Assembly (NCBI GenBank): GCA_951406725.2
Contig: OX597823.1
Span: 8,122,001-8,186,000, forward strand
Length of the DNA: 64,000 nt
Source of the DNA: Octopus vulgaris
Lineage: Eukaryota
Reading direction: 5' to 3'
Part shown: positions 12,955 through 27,009 of the stretch, piece by piece
Position numbering within the stretch: position 1 is the first letter of the stretch
Layout of the letters: the number at the start of each line of letters is the position of its first letter
Position numbers and translations under genes: made by a program
Notes under the pieces: model-generated
The model's input: the letters and a program-made list of their open reading frames with translations, nothing else
Database searches by the model: none
Told to the model about the DNA's origin: nothing

Positions 12955-13251
12955 AATTAATTTTACACACACAGAAAGGGAAGAAAATCACACATCCACG
13001 CGTAAGATCACAAATCGTTTTCGAGTTAAGCCAACGAGATAGTTTAACTAAACAAATACTGAAATGATGTCGGTGCTACTCACAGATGAGTCATTATTTC
13101 AACTTCCATCAATTACCATAACTAAAATTGTCATTTTATGTTTCGAGTTCGTCTTTCTATAGTCAATAAAATAAGAATCAGTTTTTCGCTGTAAGCCTTA
13201 GAACTGAAATCTGGGTTTTGTCTCATCCCGCTAAATGACGCTATTAAAAGC

Positions 13252-13266
13252 TTTTCTTTCTTTCTG

Positions 13267-13358
<92 letters not shown>

Positions 13359-13368
13359 TCCTTCTTTC
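13252..13368. repeat. (CTTT)n microsatellite
   Basis: Direct observation. Confidence 0.95.
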
Positions 13369-14744
13369 ATTTACCCTTTAAATGTGTCTTTTTGTATCAC
13401 GTGTAAATCCGTGCATCATTTCACGGCACTCTGCATCTATCTAATCCATTCATATCAATTACTGCAACTAACAAGAAGCAGGAATACTCCCTCTCACATT
13501 GGAGCCTTTGAGATCTGGAACTCCCTCATTATCCGCGAGTTCTTTTGTAATACCAGTCTCGGCTTTCTCTGAACAATTGCAAAAATACTTCTTACTCGTG
13601 ATAGGTTAGTTTGAGCCGGATTATTCTATAGAACAAACATGGTTTTATAGAAAACTATAAAATTAATTTGATAGAAGTTAAGAGAATGTATCCATCCATA
13701 TAATCATTTTTCAAACCATTCTTTCAAATGTTTTCCTTACGCTATTCTTATCTCTTGTTTCTGATCTCATCCTTGTTATTTGCTTTGGAATCTTCGGGTG
13801 TTTTAACACTATACATTGCATAACAAAGTTAGGAAACTCACTTATTTTTTCCTTTTCGTTAATTATACATTTATTCTTAAATGGCCAGTATATAAAAGTA
13901 TATAAAAGTTAACATTTTCGTTTTCTGGTGGTATCTGTGAGGCGTCATTGTAATATAAAAGAGTCATTGACATGCTATCAAGAAGCAGCATATAATAGAA
14001 ACAAACAAACGCCTCGTAATCTTTCCGTAGAATACATCAGAATGTGTTGGATATGTATAAGTATTAACTCACTGAATGTTCATGAAAGAAACGAAAGAAT
14101 TATCACTGCATTTAGAAGCATCAGGTTCTGGTGTGATTAGCCTCAGATCGTATATCGACCTGAATGACGCAAACAGAATAAACTATTGTTTCTTTAAAGA
14201 TTAATAAATTACATTATGACGCCTAAGCTGGGAGATCGATAAATATGAAAGCAATATTCGCGTGCAGGAACAGTGTTATGATTCCGTTTCAGACTACAAG
14301 ATTTGTACATAAAATTCTATAGAAAGCAATCGATCTTATTTATAGTATTGTCTTTGCCTTCATATTTTCAAACTCTCCTCAGTTATCTCCCCGTATATCT
14401 GGTATAGACGACGACTGTTAGTACAGCTGGAAAGCTATTGACCCATGGATCACGATACAGAACACTGACACCAAATTGCTATTCAGTGATGTATGATGTA
14501 AAGTCTTTCATATCTCCTTTTATCTTTATATTTAATGTACATTAAACTATATGAATATTAATGCAAACACATATACACTTTGATTCACAAACATAAATAT
14601 AAATACGTGTAATCATACATGATTGTTCATATACAAAGTGTTTGACCTTATCTGGTATATAAATATCCTGGTAAAATTCCTGCTTTTGGCTTCATCCATT
14701 TCTTGTACAGGAAGAGCACTCTTTTTCACACTTTCACACACACT

Positions 14745-14900
14745 TTATCAACTCTGATGTCCCTCAAGGTTTGGTTTCGTCTTTTCTACGCTCTTCTCCA
14801 TATACAGCAACCACCTCGTTGCTGTACCCTCTGACAATAAATACTCCCATGTATATGATAAACCCTTTAATTCCTCCTTAACCATACCCACCTATGTATC
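14745..14900 (+). mobile_element. Short LINE RT fragment
   Basis: gatgtccctcaaggtttggtt..ctcttctccatatacagcaac resembles GVPQGS..LFSIY.ND. Confidence 0.45.
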
Positions 14901-14959
14901 ATCTACGTACAACTTAGAAACCTCACATCAAACCTGTATCAATTCCACAGACAGAAATC

Positions 14960-17712
14960 TCGAAAACACCCTTTAATAAGGTTGAACCAACCTTGTTTCC
15001 TCCAACAGCACGAAGTCACACTCATCTATATATTAATAAACGCGAAATTCTGTCTGTCCGTCCGTCCGTCATCCCTGTATCTCAGTCTACATTTGTTCAA
15101 CATAGACATATTATACTGTTTTGGAATCAGTATGATCCTGGGATTGAAAATCTGCTCTTCATTTGGTTCTTGAACATCCAGCATTGGGATCTGATTTAAA
15201 AGCATTTGTGTTGCTATTTCTAGCTGGTAAAGCTTGACTGATTCACACCATCTTGGTTGGCGTTTGTCAGATGATCGGGGGGGGGGGATAAATGACATTC
15301 ACTTCGTTAATTTTACGTCGAGATAAGAAATTGGGGATAGATTGGCCATCAGCTGGAAATCAACTTGGGACTGGAACAATTAAATAATTGTGTTGCAAAA
15401 TTAATTCTTATCCGTCCTTAACCTCTGATCAAAAACCACCGGGACATATAGTCATTATAAACATATTATAGTTATGCTATTTAACTCTCTTTAGTTTTGG
15501 GCTGCAGGCCCAATTAGCCTTCCGCCGGAGCCAGCTTAAAAGCCTACACGAAGTGCGGCTTTTAAGCTAGTTACTTATATAAAGAAAACAATATTACAAC
15601 TCACCTACATACTAATAGCTCCCAACTTAAATACTCAAAGTCGCTAGCATCATTCTGAAGAATTTTTCTGGCAAACGTACATAGTGAAGAGAACAAAGAC
15701 AGCTGCACTATATTGACTGATATTCCCTTTGATGGTTCTCTGTAACTCAATTCCAAACATCCAATTATTAGACCAAACAAGTTCACCCTTCCTTATGTAG
15801 AGCCTTATAACAATATGGATCTACACAAAGCAAATTGGGTTACAATTATACATGTCCTATCTCTTGTCGACTGGTCTTTCACACTCATTTATCTCGACCT
15901 CAAAGTGTCGTGGAAGCTGTTTGAGGATTCAGTTACCAACGTATGCTCAAACCACACCCATTACGACTCATGAAAAATAATAAGCGTTGGCTCCCACGAG
16001 AAAGAAACATTCTCATTAAGAAAGAAAGAAGAATGAACAAAAACCAAGTCAGTTGAATAATGCCAACCGTAACATCCCTATTTGACAATTACAACGCTCG
16101 ATTAAAAACGAAATCATCTCAAGACCGGCATAAGATTATTAAGCAAAGGACTGCTGAGTAATTTAGACCCAACCCTAAGTGTTCTATATATATTTGTCAA
16201 ATGACATTGGACTACTGCTTCATCTAGTAGTCCGTTGACTGACGAAAACAACATTCTCCACTGCAATGCCAAATAGGGACCCCATAGAAACGATATTGCT
16301 TCGTTTTCTGTGATCCCAATATGATTAATTTAAGCAGTGATCTTAATGTGGCTGAATTATTCCATTAAATGAATTAAAAATTTCCAACAAATCCGATCTG
16401 AAAACATTTGGAGCTACAGCCATCATAGTAGCGATAAATAAAATTAAATTTAACTCAGATGTAGGCACTGATAAGATTTTCATTAGTATATTGGAGGGAT
16501 GCTGGTGTCAACGTGCATCCACTATACATAATATATACTGAATGTAGGTTATATATCTAAACACGTTCTATCCCAATAAATCATCTAAACCCAGTCAGCT
16601 AAAGTTTCGCAGTGGAAGACTGCTTAACACAGCTTCAGTACCACTTTAATGACATTTTAAATGCATCTAGAGACTTCAGCAAAGCATTCGACAGTATTCT
16701 ATTGAAAAATTACCAAACGATGGAAATATTAGAGTTCATGGAAAGCTATTGCAGTGAATTAAATATTTGCCGAAAAAAAAGTCTAATATGCTATAAAAAC
16801 AGAGTCTACTCATGCCCAATAAAAGTCATTAACAGTGTTCCCTAAGATACCGCGAGAATTTATATAAGTGATATCACAAGTGTTGTCAAACAATAAAATA
16901 TTTTTGCAGATGCTATGCTTCATAAAATCATCAGTAGTGGAAGTGACTGGAAAGAATTAAAAGCAGAATTAAATCCCCGAAACATAAAATGTTGCTATAC
17001 AACGAAAAATTCAAATTCATCAACTTTAGAAAAGAGGATATATCTAAACATATTCTGCCTGGTTTGAAATATTATTGAAAATTCAGATGTAACTCTCAAC
17101 AATAAACTAAGCATGTGCATCCACAACAATAAAGTCGACATGGTTCGCAAGATGTATTTGGATCTTTCCGATCGACAGATCTAGATGACACCTTTCTTCT
17201 ATTCTGTAGCTTTATTAGGTCTTATCTTGAATACTGTGGCCTTCTGTGGCTTCTTCACACCAAACAAAATATTAAGAGAATTGACGAATCCTAGAGGTCA
17301 ATTACGGACAATAAAAACAGAAAAAATGTATAAATGGCTTTGATTATTGGAATATTCTCATAAAGTTCAGAGTTTATAATATATTTCACTAGCATTGCCT
17401 AATGAGTTTAAAACTCATCCAAAACTCGTCTCTAGTACGATACTATCCATACAAAAATCAAGGTTACGTCATATAATCACATTGCGACACAAGTCATTCA
17501 CATCAATCAGTCCTACTTCATCAAACACAACTCCGAAACATAGCATAAACTACAAACAGTACCAGGAGAAAGTTCTCTTAGAAATTACAGATAAATCTTG
17601 AGAATTTTCGACCAACCATAACTCTCTATTTGAGTAGGATATAATGTCTCAAAATGTGACTTCGGCTAGTGGTGCTTTTAAGTAAGACATAGCCTAGGTG
17701 AAACATATCTAA
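14960..17712 (+). mobile_element. Degraded CR1-like LINE (EN-RT), interrupted by a Helitron
   Basis: Motifs FLQQH (EN), KANW..VDW, DFSKAFDS (~16673), SVP*DT (=GVPQG), FAD, LEYC..LW. The 3' end ggtgcttttaagtaagacatagcct..gaaacatatctaag matches the younger copy at 48794-49150. Confidence 0.8.
15025..15570 (+). mobile_element. Non-autonomous Helitron-like element
   Basis: A|TCTATATATTAATAAA start; internal (gtcc)n; 3' cacgaagtgcgg hairpin remnant then CTAG|T; no TSD. Confidence 0.75.
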
Positions 17713-18908
17713 GTGATTTACGTTACTCACTCACAAGAAAGAGAGAAAATCTATTTAATTATTGTGTTGAATATAATTACATTTGTTGGGCTGAGCTTGT
17801 ATACAGCACATTGTTTTTCATTCGTATGCTCGACCACGGAAAAATATGTGATGATTCAAAAAGGATATGCAATTCACGCATACAGACACAGAAACAATCT
17901 ACATTTAACAAGAAATTTCATATCTTTGATAAACGTCTCTAAATATGAAAGCTCTATATTCAACGGAAAGGTACAATATTTATGTGTAAGATCATTCTCT
18001 CCCACCAACCGGAAATTGTGAACGAACACGCATAGAATATAGAAAAAGTAAAGAATTCAAGTTTTCTTGATGATATTAATTTTCCTTAAATAATTATATT
18101 TTTTAAATAATGTGTAATAAAGGAAAATGGCTAAAAATAATTTGAAGTATATTTTTAAGTCATTATCCCATTTTTCTCATTACATGTTATTTGGATATTG
18201 GTTATATTTTTGGAGAGAACTAAAAGCTTGTATTGTTTCTATTTCATTTAGGAAACGTAATAATAAGGAGAATTTTTAGATTACATAATGATAATGTTAA
18301 TGATTATAATCTATCTTTCATGACATTACAAGTTAAAACCTGATTGATATGTTAAAGTAACCCAACAGCAATAAAAGATCGAGGTTCTTCATTACTTAGA
18401 ATATTTTTCGATATAATGGAACGTTGATTCACGTTTGTATTCCAGTTCTGAGAGAGATGCAGAGATACTTTACCAGGTTTTAATAAATGCAAGATTTTGT
18501 GGCAGATTCCATTGTATCTCATTACGCATTTAAAAAGAATATTCCAATGTTAATTTCACGAGAGAAATTCAAGCAATCATTTCAAAGATACAGCAGATTT
18601 CAGAATAGAAGATGTAATGATAGTTATTTATTTATAATCATATTTTAATCAAAAGAAAAACGTGGAGAACACGTGGCAAAGCAAAAGGAGAATAAGAGAG
18701 TGAGTGAGTGAGTGAGTGAGTGAGTGGTGTGTGTGTGTGAGAGAGAGAGAGAGAGATAGAGATAGAGAGATAGATAGAGAGAGAGAGAGAGAGAGAAGAT
18801 TCCTGTATGCGATTCACTTGCTAGTGATAAAAAAATTTGATATTACTGTGTCCAGAAGCAAGCTTCTAATTTACACATAAATTTATTATAAGACGGTCAT
18901 TGTTGGCG

Positions 18909-18963
<55 letters not shown>

Positions 18964-19395
18964 CATACATACATACATACATACATACATACATACATAC
19001 ATACATACATACATACATACATACATACATACATACATACACGTCTGTGGTTGTGTGTGTGTGTGTGGATTAAACACATACACACTAACTCTCTACGGTG
19101 CTTCTCGTCTCCAGGCAGTTCCTCTTTATTGTTTTTGTTTTCTGTTGCATGTTTTAATCCAGAATTCTTTACAAACATCAGTAATGTGAAATGACACTAA
19201 AACAATTAGACCGCCTTTTAGGAGACATTTATCAACTACGTATTCTCACACCAATATTACTTAATAATGTCCCATTCTTTTTTTGTTGAGAAAGATGGTT
19301 ACAGTAAATTTCATATATTTCAGTGTTCATCAGATTATCTGAAAAACAAAAGGGAAAAAAGACAGTCAAGTACTGTCCGTCCTAGCAGAAATATT

Positions 19396-19603
19396 AGTTA
19401 AAAATTTCGGCCAGCAGGCTTGGGGGAGGGTATAAGTCGATTAAATCGACCTCAGTGCTTAACTGGTACTTATTTTACTAACACCAAAAGCATGAAAGAC
19501 AAAGTCAACCCCGGCGAAATATGAACTCAGAAAGTAAAGACAGATAAGATGCCGATTAGCATTTCTGCTGGCGTGCTAACTATTCTGCTAGCTCGCTGCT
19601 TGT
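19396..19603 (-). mobile_element. SINE family C, older copy (C2-type tail)
   Basis: Homologous to 2428-2661. 17-bp TSD gtc(c/t)tagcagaaatatt at 19379-19395 and 19604-19620. Confidence 0.8.
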
Positions 19604-20652
19604 GTCTTAGCAGAAATATTGTGCAAACCTTTACTGACTATCGTATAAGCTAATACGAACACGGAATGCAGTGAAATATGGATTAGATTTTGGAAATTCA
19701 ACATGAAATTAGAAACCATTGCAGTCTAACTGACAGGAATATTTCTTTAAGAAATCCTTTTATAATTGTATATATACAATTTTGTATTTGTACAAAAGAG
19801 GTATATCATATTCCATTGCTCGAAACTTATTCATGGGATGGCAAGCAAGAAACATTTAAATATGAAAATTCCAAGTACAGGAATCATAGGTTTTAATTTG
19901 GTGAGTATTTAACTGATATTTTGAAGAAATAAAGTCAGACGCACCGATTATATAATCATATCGATTGTATAAAAATGAAGTTAATATACGAGTTAATATA
20001 TCAATATTTTAAGCTACAATTGATGGTCTGCCAGAAAAAGAAAATAAAGTAAGCTAACAGACAATTCATAAAATAAATTCAATAAACAGGCTAAATTATT
20101 AAATCAAATTAATCGGGAATTGAGAAAGCAGGTGGAGGGAGCGAGCGAGTGGGGGAGAATTGGAGGACGAGAGAAAGAGAGAAAAAGAATAAGAGAGAAA
20201 GAGTAAGAGAGAAGATAGAGGGAGAGAGAAAGAGAGTTGAAAAATATAATTGAAATAAGTCAGTAGAAAAAATATTTTGTAGATAAATTGAGAGTAATTT
20301 AACTAGATCAGTATGTTATGCCGTATAATCGACAATATTGTGTTCGTGGGAGGGATGTGTGGGAGTGATATGAGTAATATCTGATTGAATTAGCAAATTT
20401 CGTAACATAAGCAGCTATAAGGACGCATTTATGGAGGCATGGTTTATTCACCAGTCCTCAACTGATACTTATATTATAGATCTTGGACGTAAAGTCACAT
20501 GGAATTGGGCTAAGATTGAACTCTGAATAGAAAAGGATGTAACTGCTCCAAGGCATTTTATATAGCGTTCGACCGATTTTGCAGTCAACTGCTTTTTCTA
20601 GATTTGTACTACTAATTTGCTTGTTTAATTCAACCGTTAACGTATTTTGATG

Positions 20653-20724
<72 letters not shown>

Positions 20725-20796
20725 ATATAAAATTGGATTTAATCCTAAATCTGACCTGTAAATTTGGCTAATATTTATGAATATATATATATAAAT

Positions 20797-20854
<58 letters not shown>

Positions 20855-20864
20855 TATATATATA

Positions 20865-21050
20865 TAAAATAAAGGCAGGTGGAATACAAACAAACAATTG
20901 TATTAGTATGGCGCTCAGGAATATAAATAAAACAAGTCTTTTACGTTTCGAGCCTACGCTCTTCAACAGAAAGATACACAGAAAAGAAACACAGGGAGAA
21001 ACAAGGAGAGAAAAAAATGCGTGCAGAAGCTAGCGAATCAACATGGCGAT
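20865..21050 (-). mobile_element. Short PLE-type terminal repeat with minimal hammerhead-like motif (20937-20974), within (TA)n
   Basis: Minus strand TCTTT-ctgttgaa-GAGC gtag GCTC-gaaac-gta-AAAGA: stems I and II pair, core is a variant. Confidence 0.6.
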
Positions 21051-21061
21051 ATATATATATT

Positions 21062-21612
21062 GCACGAGTTTTGATCAGAAAGTATCAGAACTTTTACTAT
21101 GGTGACGGAACTAAAGTACGCAGACTAAAGCTGCCTGGCACAGCTTGACCTTGATCTCTGTTGCTTACGCACACTAAGTTACAACGATCTCGCTCACTTC
21201 CGTTGTTTATAGCAGTGCTTGAAAGTAAAGTGTGTAGAGTGTGGTCGTCTCAAAAAGACGATCAGGTTACAGCTGCGCAGAATCTCCCTGATTGTGACGT
21301 GGAAGACGAAATATTTTGAAAACAGTCATGACAGGTGACGAATTGTGGGTCGACGGCTTAAACACTGAAACGAAGGCAAAAATCAAATCCTACTTGAAAG
21401 GAACAAGATTTCAAGTCGGCGAGAAAATCCAAGAGAATGCGACTAGGCAGCTGTTCCACTATCACAATAAAGGAGTTGCAGGAATGCTTCCATCAATGGA
21501 AACGACGCTGGATAAAGTGTCAGGCTTCAAAAGGGGACAAAATGCCGAATTGATATTAGTTGTAGTTTTCTCTTTATAGCACCGGTCACGTTACTTTTCA
21601 TCAGGCATTGTA
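21062..21612 (+). mobile_element. Internally deleted mariner element
   Basis: LKTVMTGDELWVDG..ETKA joined to KIKSYLKGTRFQ..W..RW.K. Imperfect terminal inverted repeats (tgatcagaaagta / tacttttcatca) with TA-rich flanks. Confidence 0.8.
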
Positions 21613-21902
21613 TATACACTATATATGTATATATATGTGTGTATATTTTATATTATATACGTATTTATGCATATATGTATATACATGCAGCTCCCCCCCC
21701 CCACGCACTCACACACACACAAATTAGATGATATTTTTTCGAGCGCAGAATCGCCGTTAGGACAGCGGTAATATTGGGTAAATTACTCTTTCTAAGCGGA
21801 AAAAGTATCAACCACCAGCCAGATTTAGTCGCTCTTATTGGAACATATATAATATATAATTATATATATATTATATAATTATATATATATTATATATATA
21901 TA

Positions 21903-22045
21903 GGTGTAGGAGTGGCTGTGTGGTAAGTAGCTTGCTTACTTCAGTCCCACTGCGTGGCATCTTGGGCAAGTGTCTTCTACTATAGGCTCGGGCCGACCAA
22001 TGCCTTGTGAGTGGATTTGGTAGACGGAAACTGAAAGAAGCCCGT

Positions 22046-22082
<37 letters not shown>

Positions 22083-22278
22083 GTGTGTGTGTGTGTGTGT
22101 GTATATGTTTGTGTGTCTTTGTTTGTCCCCACCAAAAGCGCTTGACAACCGATGCTGGTGTGTTTAAAGAGACCGATAGAATAAGTCCTGGGGTCGATTT
22201 GCTCGACTAAAGGCGGTGCTCCAGCATGGCCACAGTCAAATGACTGAAACAAGTAAAAGAGAAAAAAAAATAAAAGAG
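21903..22278 (+). mobile_element. SINE family A with internal deletions
   Basis: Head, internal (TA)n(TG)n tract and tail match the other copies. Confidence 0.9.
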
Positions 22279-23399
22279 AATATATATATATATATATATA
22301 TTGCGTATTACGCTAAAAAGCGCTGCAGGGTAGCAGAATTTTCCACTCGAGTCAAATATAACAAACTACTCCGTAAGTACTATCCACATTAGTAAGAGTC
22401 AAGACCGGCTAGTTTGTACTGAAATCGAGTCGTATAAGTTGTAATAATGAAGTCAAACAAAATCCATGTTTAAACTTCACTAGATATGCTGAATATTTAT
22501 GTATATGCACACGCACGCATACATATACCAGAAAGTTTGTGAGTGTATAGCTGTCCATCTCTCACTTTCTCATCTATTTTACAACAATCAAATCCTTCCA
22601 TATTCCTCCTACCGCGCCCCACCAATTTTCTTTTATGTTTTCTCATTTCTTTACTTTTCTCATATTTTACCCTATACTTTTTAATTATTTTACATAACTT
22701 AATTTTTTCTTTCCATATTTTACCACTCTATAGCCACCTGTTATTTTATCTCACCTGATTTTTCTCTCTTTCATCCATTCTTTGTCTTTCATTTTCTTCC
22801 TCGCTTTCTATCTATCGCATTTTCTCTTTCTTCAGTTCTTTCCATCTCCCTAACTTTCTCTTTCTCTTCTTTCTCTTTATATTTTCATATGCTTTATCGC
22901 TTTGCTTGCATTTGAAAATTCATGTGCTTCTTCCCTTTTACCTTGTGATTGCATCTTCTCTTTTTAGTGTTATTTTTTTAGATTTATTTTTAACTAATGC
23001 ATAGCGAATCACCCATATATAAATTATGTATGTATGTGCATATTTATGTATGCATTCTTATGACGTCAACAATGTCTACACACACACACACACACACACA
23101 TGACCTTTTGGTTAAGATCAAAGAGTAAAATTTTCTCCAATTTTCTCCAAAATTTTCTTTTAATTTTCTCAAATGCTCTTATTCATTTTTCTTGTTCTCT
23201 TTTTGATTTTTGCCCGTTTTTCTTTTTTTCCATTTATACACTTTACATTCACTTCTGTCACATTCCGCTTGCTTCTCTCTCTACGTGTCTCCCTAATTTT
23301 CTTTCTTCATACAACCCAAATATTTCTTTGCTTCAGTGTTGTATTGTACCCTCTTGCTCCTCTCTTGTTCATGATTTTTTTCTACGTACATTATGGAAT

Positions 23400-24030
<631 letters not shown>

Positions 24031-24248
24031 CATTTTCTTTCTGTATGTATGTGGGTGTATGTATGTATGTACGTGTCTATAAAGCAAATTATTCTGTAGC
24101 TGAAAACATTTCGAAACATCACATGATATAACTGTAGTATTCTAATGGTCAGTAGTTGTTATTTGGCATATAGCAACAAAACATGTTAAATACATTTATC
24201 GTATTAAGAGATGACAGTTTACTAAGGGGCTAACTCTCAATAGGCTGT

Positions 24249-24323
<75 letters not shown>

Positions 24324-24333
24324 CATACATACA

Positions 24334-24367
<34 letters not shown>

Positions 24368-24964
24368 CATACATTACATACATTCACACATACGTTCATA
24401 TATGTTACTAATTTATATAACCATCACCATCACCATCACCATCGACTACATTCCACTTTCTGTTATACTTTTCATTAACTAAAAGTTGTTGAAAGTCACT
24501 TTAAAAACGAGAAGAAAAGAAGGAATATAAACAGATTATTTCCTCCAGGAATACGAAAAATTAATTTCATTTAGCTTTAATTTCATTTCGTTTTAAATGC
24601 TATAAATTATAAAAAAAAAAGTGTTTTCGGAGTTTGATTTATTTATGACTGCTTTTTATAAAATTAATAAATCAAAGGTTTACTTACATCCATCAGACAA
24701 AATTTATCATGGTATATCTACGAATCTGGATGATAATTGGTTCGTTCAAACTATTGACACTTCTTTGAAATGTTAATGTATTCTAGGTTTATGAAAGAAA
24801 GATAGATTGGCTTCCCACCCTAAATATTCTAAGCACATACTCATTAAAAAACTAATTGTAAAGGACATATAAAAGACCCATTTCTAACTGAAGTAATGGT
24901 AGCTGTATAATTGTAGTCTATACACTAGTTGTTCTTGTACGTCTAAAATTATAGCAGTTTATGT

Positions 24965-25212
24965 CTTAAACGTACACCCCTGTCAACTGATGTAACATGT
25001 CAACCAGTTCAGCGAGCCTCAGCATTGTTGCGCTAGAAAGAACAGCTAGATCGCACTCAAGCAACATTTCATCGTCTTTTAAAACAGACAAATTAGACAA
25101 TGCTTGGAATACAAAGACTATTCAGAAGAAAGTATGACATAGCCAAAACTGGCATGGCTTCCGATAATAAGTCTGTCAAGGTTGGCCTTGGGTTAAACAA
25201 CAACATCAACTA
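24965..25212 (+). mobile_element. Old interspersed repeat (family D, probable SINE) ending in (aac)n
   Basis: ctagaaagaacagcta...ccttgggttaaacaacaac; related diverged minus-strand copies near 2690-2832 and 58130-58325. Confidence 0.5.
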
Positions 25213-25286
25213 CAATATCACCGACTGGTCTATGAGTGCCTTTATCAGAGTTCACTGTGTTACAAGCATTTGGACCAATCTCTACA

Positions 25287-25358
<72 letters not shown>

Positions 25359-25910
25359 ATATGTTCAGATTAATCAACTGTGCATTCAATATCAACAAAG
25401 GCTATAGACATTGCTTCTTCTCAGATGAACTTAAAAGATATAAAACAATTGCTCTTCCACCCCTTTTTCCCGCAGTTCTTCGGTAAGCTACAAAATTAAT
25501 CCTTAAATACCATTGATTATGAATGAGAATGAAATTAATTTCGCTGGACATTTTGTAATTGAATTTGACAAGTAAGAAAATATCTGAAATAATGCGGAAT
25601 TTCTAAATGTAATTCTGCGCTTGCCTTCTGGCTCAAATTTCTTTAAAACTAAGTAATAATATCAATATTGTAAATGCAACAATGACATTTGGTAACTGAT
25701 AATGCAGTTCATATTATTCAATAAATATAGATACAACGCTTCGATTTTATTATAGGAGAGGGATAAGGAATTGAATGAATCTGACAAAAGTTTGTTCCTC
25801 AAGATATTGACTGACACCACGTGAAACAATTTTAATTTCAAAATGGAAAAACTATGAGCTAAAATCTATTGATATACTCTGCATAGTATTAAAATACTAC
25901 ATTGTTAATC

Positions 25911-26244
25911 AACCAGTAATTTGGAGTAAAGATTATTTGCCAACATAACATGGCAGTCCTGGTTTAGGACGAATGTTGCTGTAATTTAGCTCCAGGAGAC
26001 ATCATCTCCAGCTGGTTATACAACACGACCTGTATCCTTATATTTTCGAACAAGGGAATATAAGGACACAGATCGTGTCGTATAACCAGCTGGAGACGAT
26101 GTCTCCTGGGACCATATTAAAGCAACATTCGTCCTAAACCAGGACTGCCATGTTATGTTGGCAAATAATCTTTACTCCAAAGTACATTTGCCGAATATCT
26201 CTCATTGTGAGATTTACAGTTAGTAATTTTCTAACCAGTAATTT
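25911..26244. mobile_element. Fold-back element (~125-bp arms) bounded by a 12-bp direct repeat
   Basis: Arms about 25920-26045 and 26056-26180; aaccagtaattt at 25911-25922 and 26233-26244. Related single arm at 50521-50640. Confidence 0.8.
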
Positions 26245-26465
26245 TTCGAACTAGCGGCCAAGATACGCTATGTGTGAAAATTGAGCCATTTATCATAGTT
26301 TACTTAAACTTTCTATCACTATGTTCAAAGCATGCGCAAGACCGTTGACATTTGCATTTAAATTCTTGAAAAAGATTTAAGTTGCAAGGATTTATCTTCG
26401 TTGGTGCCAATTGAAAATTTCTGTAGTTACATTTCACCTGGATTTGCAGTAAGCACTATAATTTC

Positions 26466-26519
<54 letters not shown>

Positions 26520-26670
26520 TTGAAGCGTACGGCATTATATATCTATTACGGCCGATCCTATCGATCGGTTTCGCACTAAGGGTTCAATGGAGTGTTAGGT
26601 AACAGTGTCCGATTACGTACATACATACATACACACATGCATACATACACACATACACACACATGCGCAG

Positions 26671-26710
<40 letters not shown>

Positions 26711-26719
26711 CTCATTGTC

Positions 26720-26985
26720 TCTAAATGCGACTAAGGGTGTCAAGACACCTGCATCGCTAGGAATAAGAGCTGAAATGCTCTAATGATGTAGGAAAAGCCC
26801 AAAGTACCGATTCGAGAACTCCTTAGACTGAAAGCTCAGTTTCGGCTATTTCCGTAGCCTATTCAGTAAGGACCGCTCCTTTGGCAGATTCCGGACACAA
26901 TCCTCAGTCAGCATATATGTATTTACTATAAAAATTTATGGATGATTTGGCGGGTCGCTAATGTGTATACAAAAATTAATATAAA
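26720..26985 (-). mobile_element. Non-coding hammerhead-bearing repeat (PLE terminal repeat/retrozyme-like)
   Basis: Homologous to 43870-44140 (gctagNaataagagct, cagattccgga, tatggatgattt..cgctaatgtgtatac). Confidence 0.75.
26820..26872 (-). ncRNA. Type I hammerhead ribozyme, one core substitution
   Basis: TCCTTA-ctgaata-GGCTA cggaaa TAGCC-gaa-ACTGA gctt TCAGT-c-TAAGGA: three perfect stems and a GUC cleavage triplet; G8 is replaced by U. Confidence 0.85.
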
Positions 26986-27009
26986 CAGCTATGTATGTAT
27001 GCATGTCTT

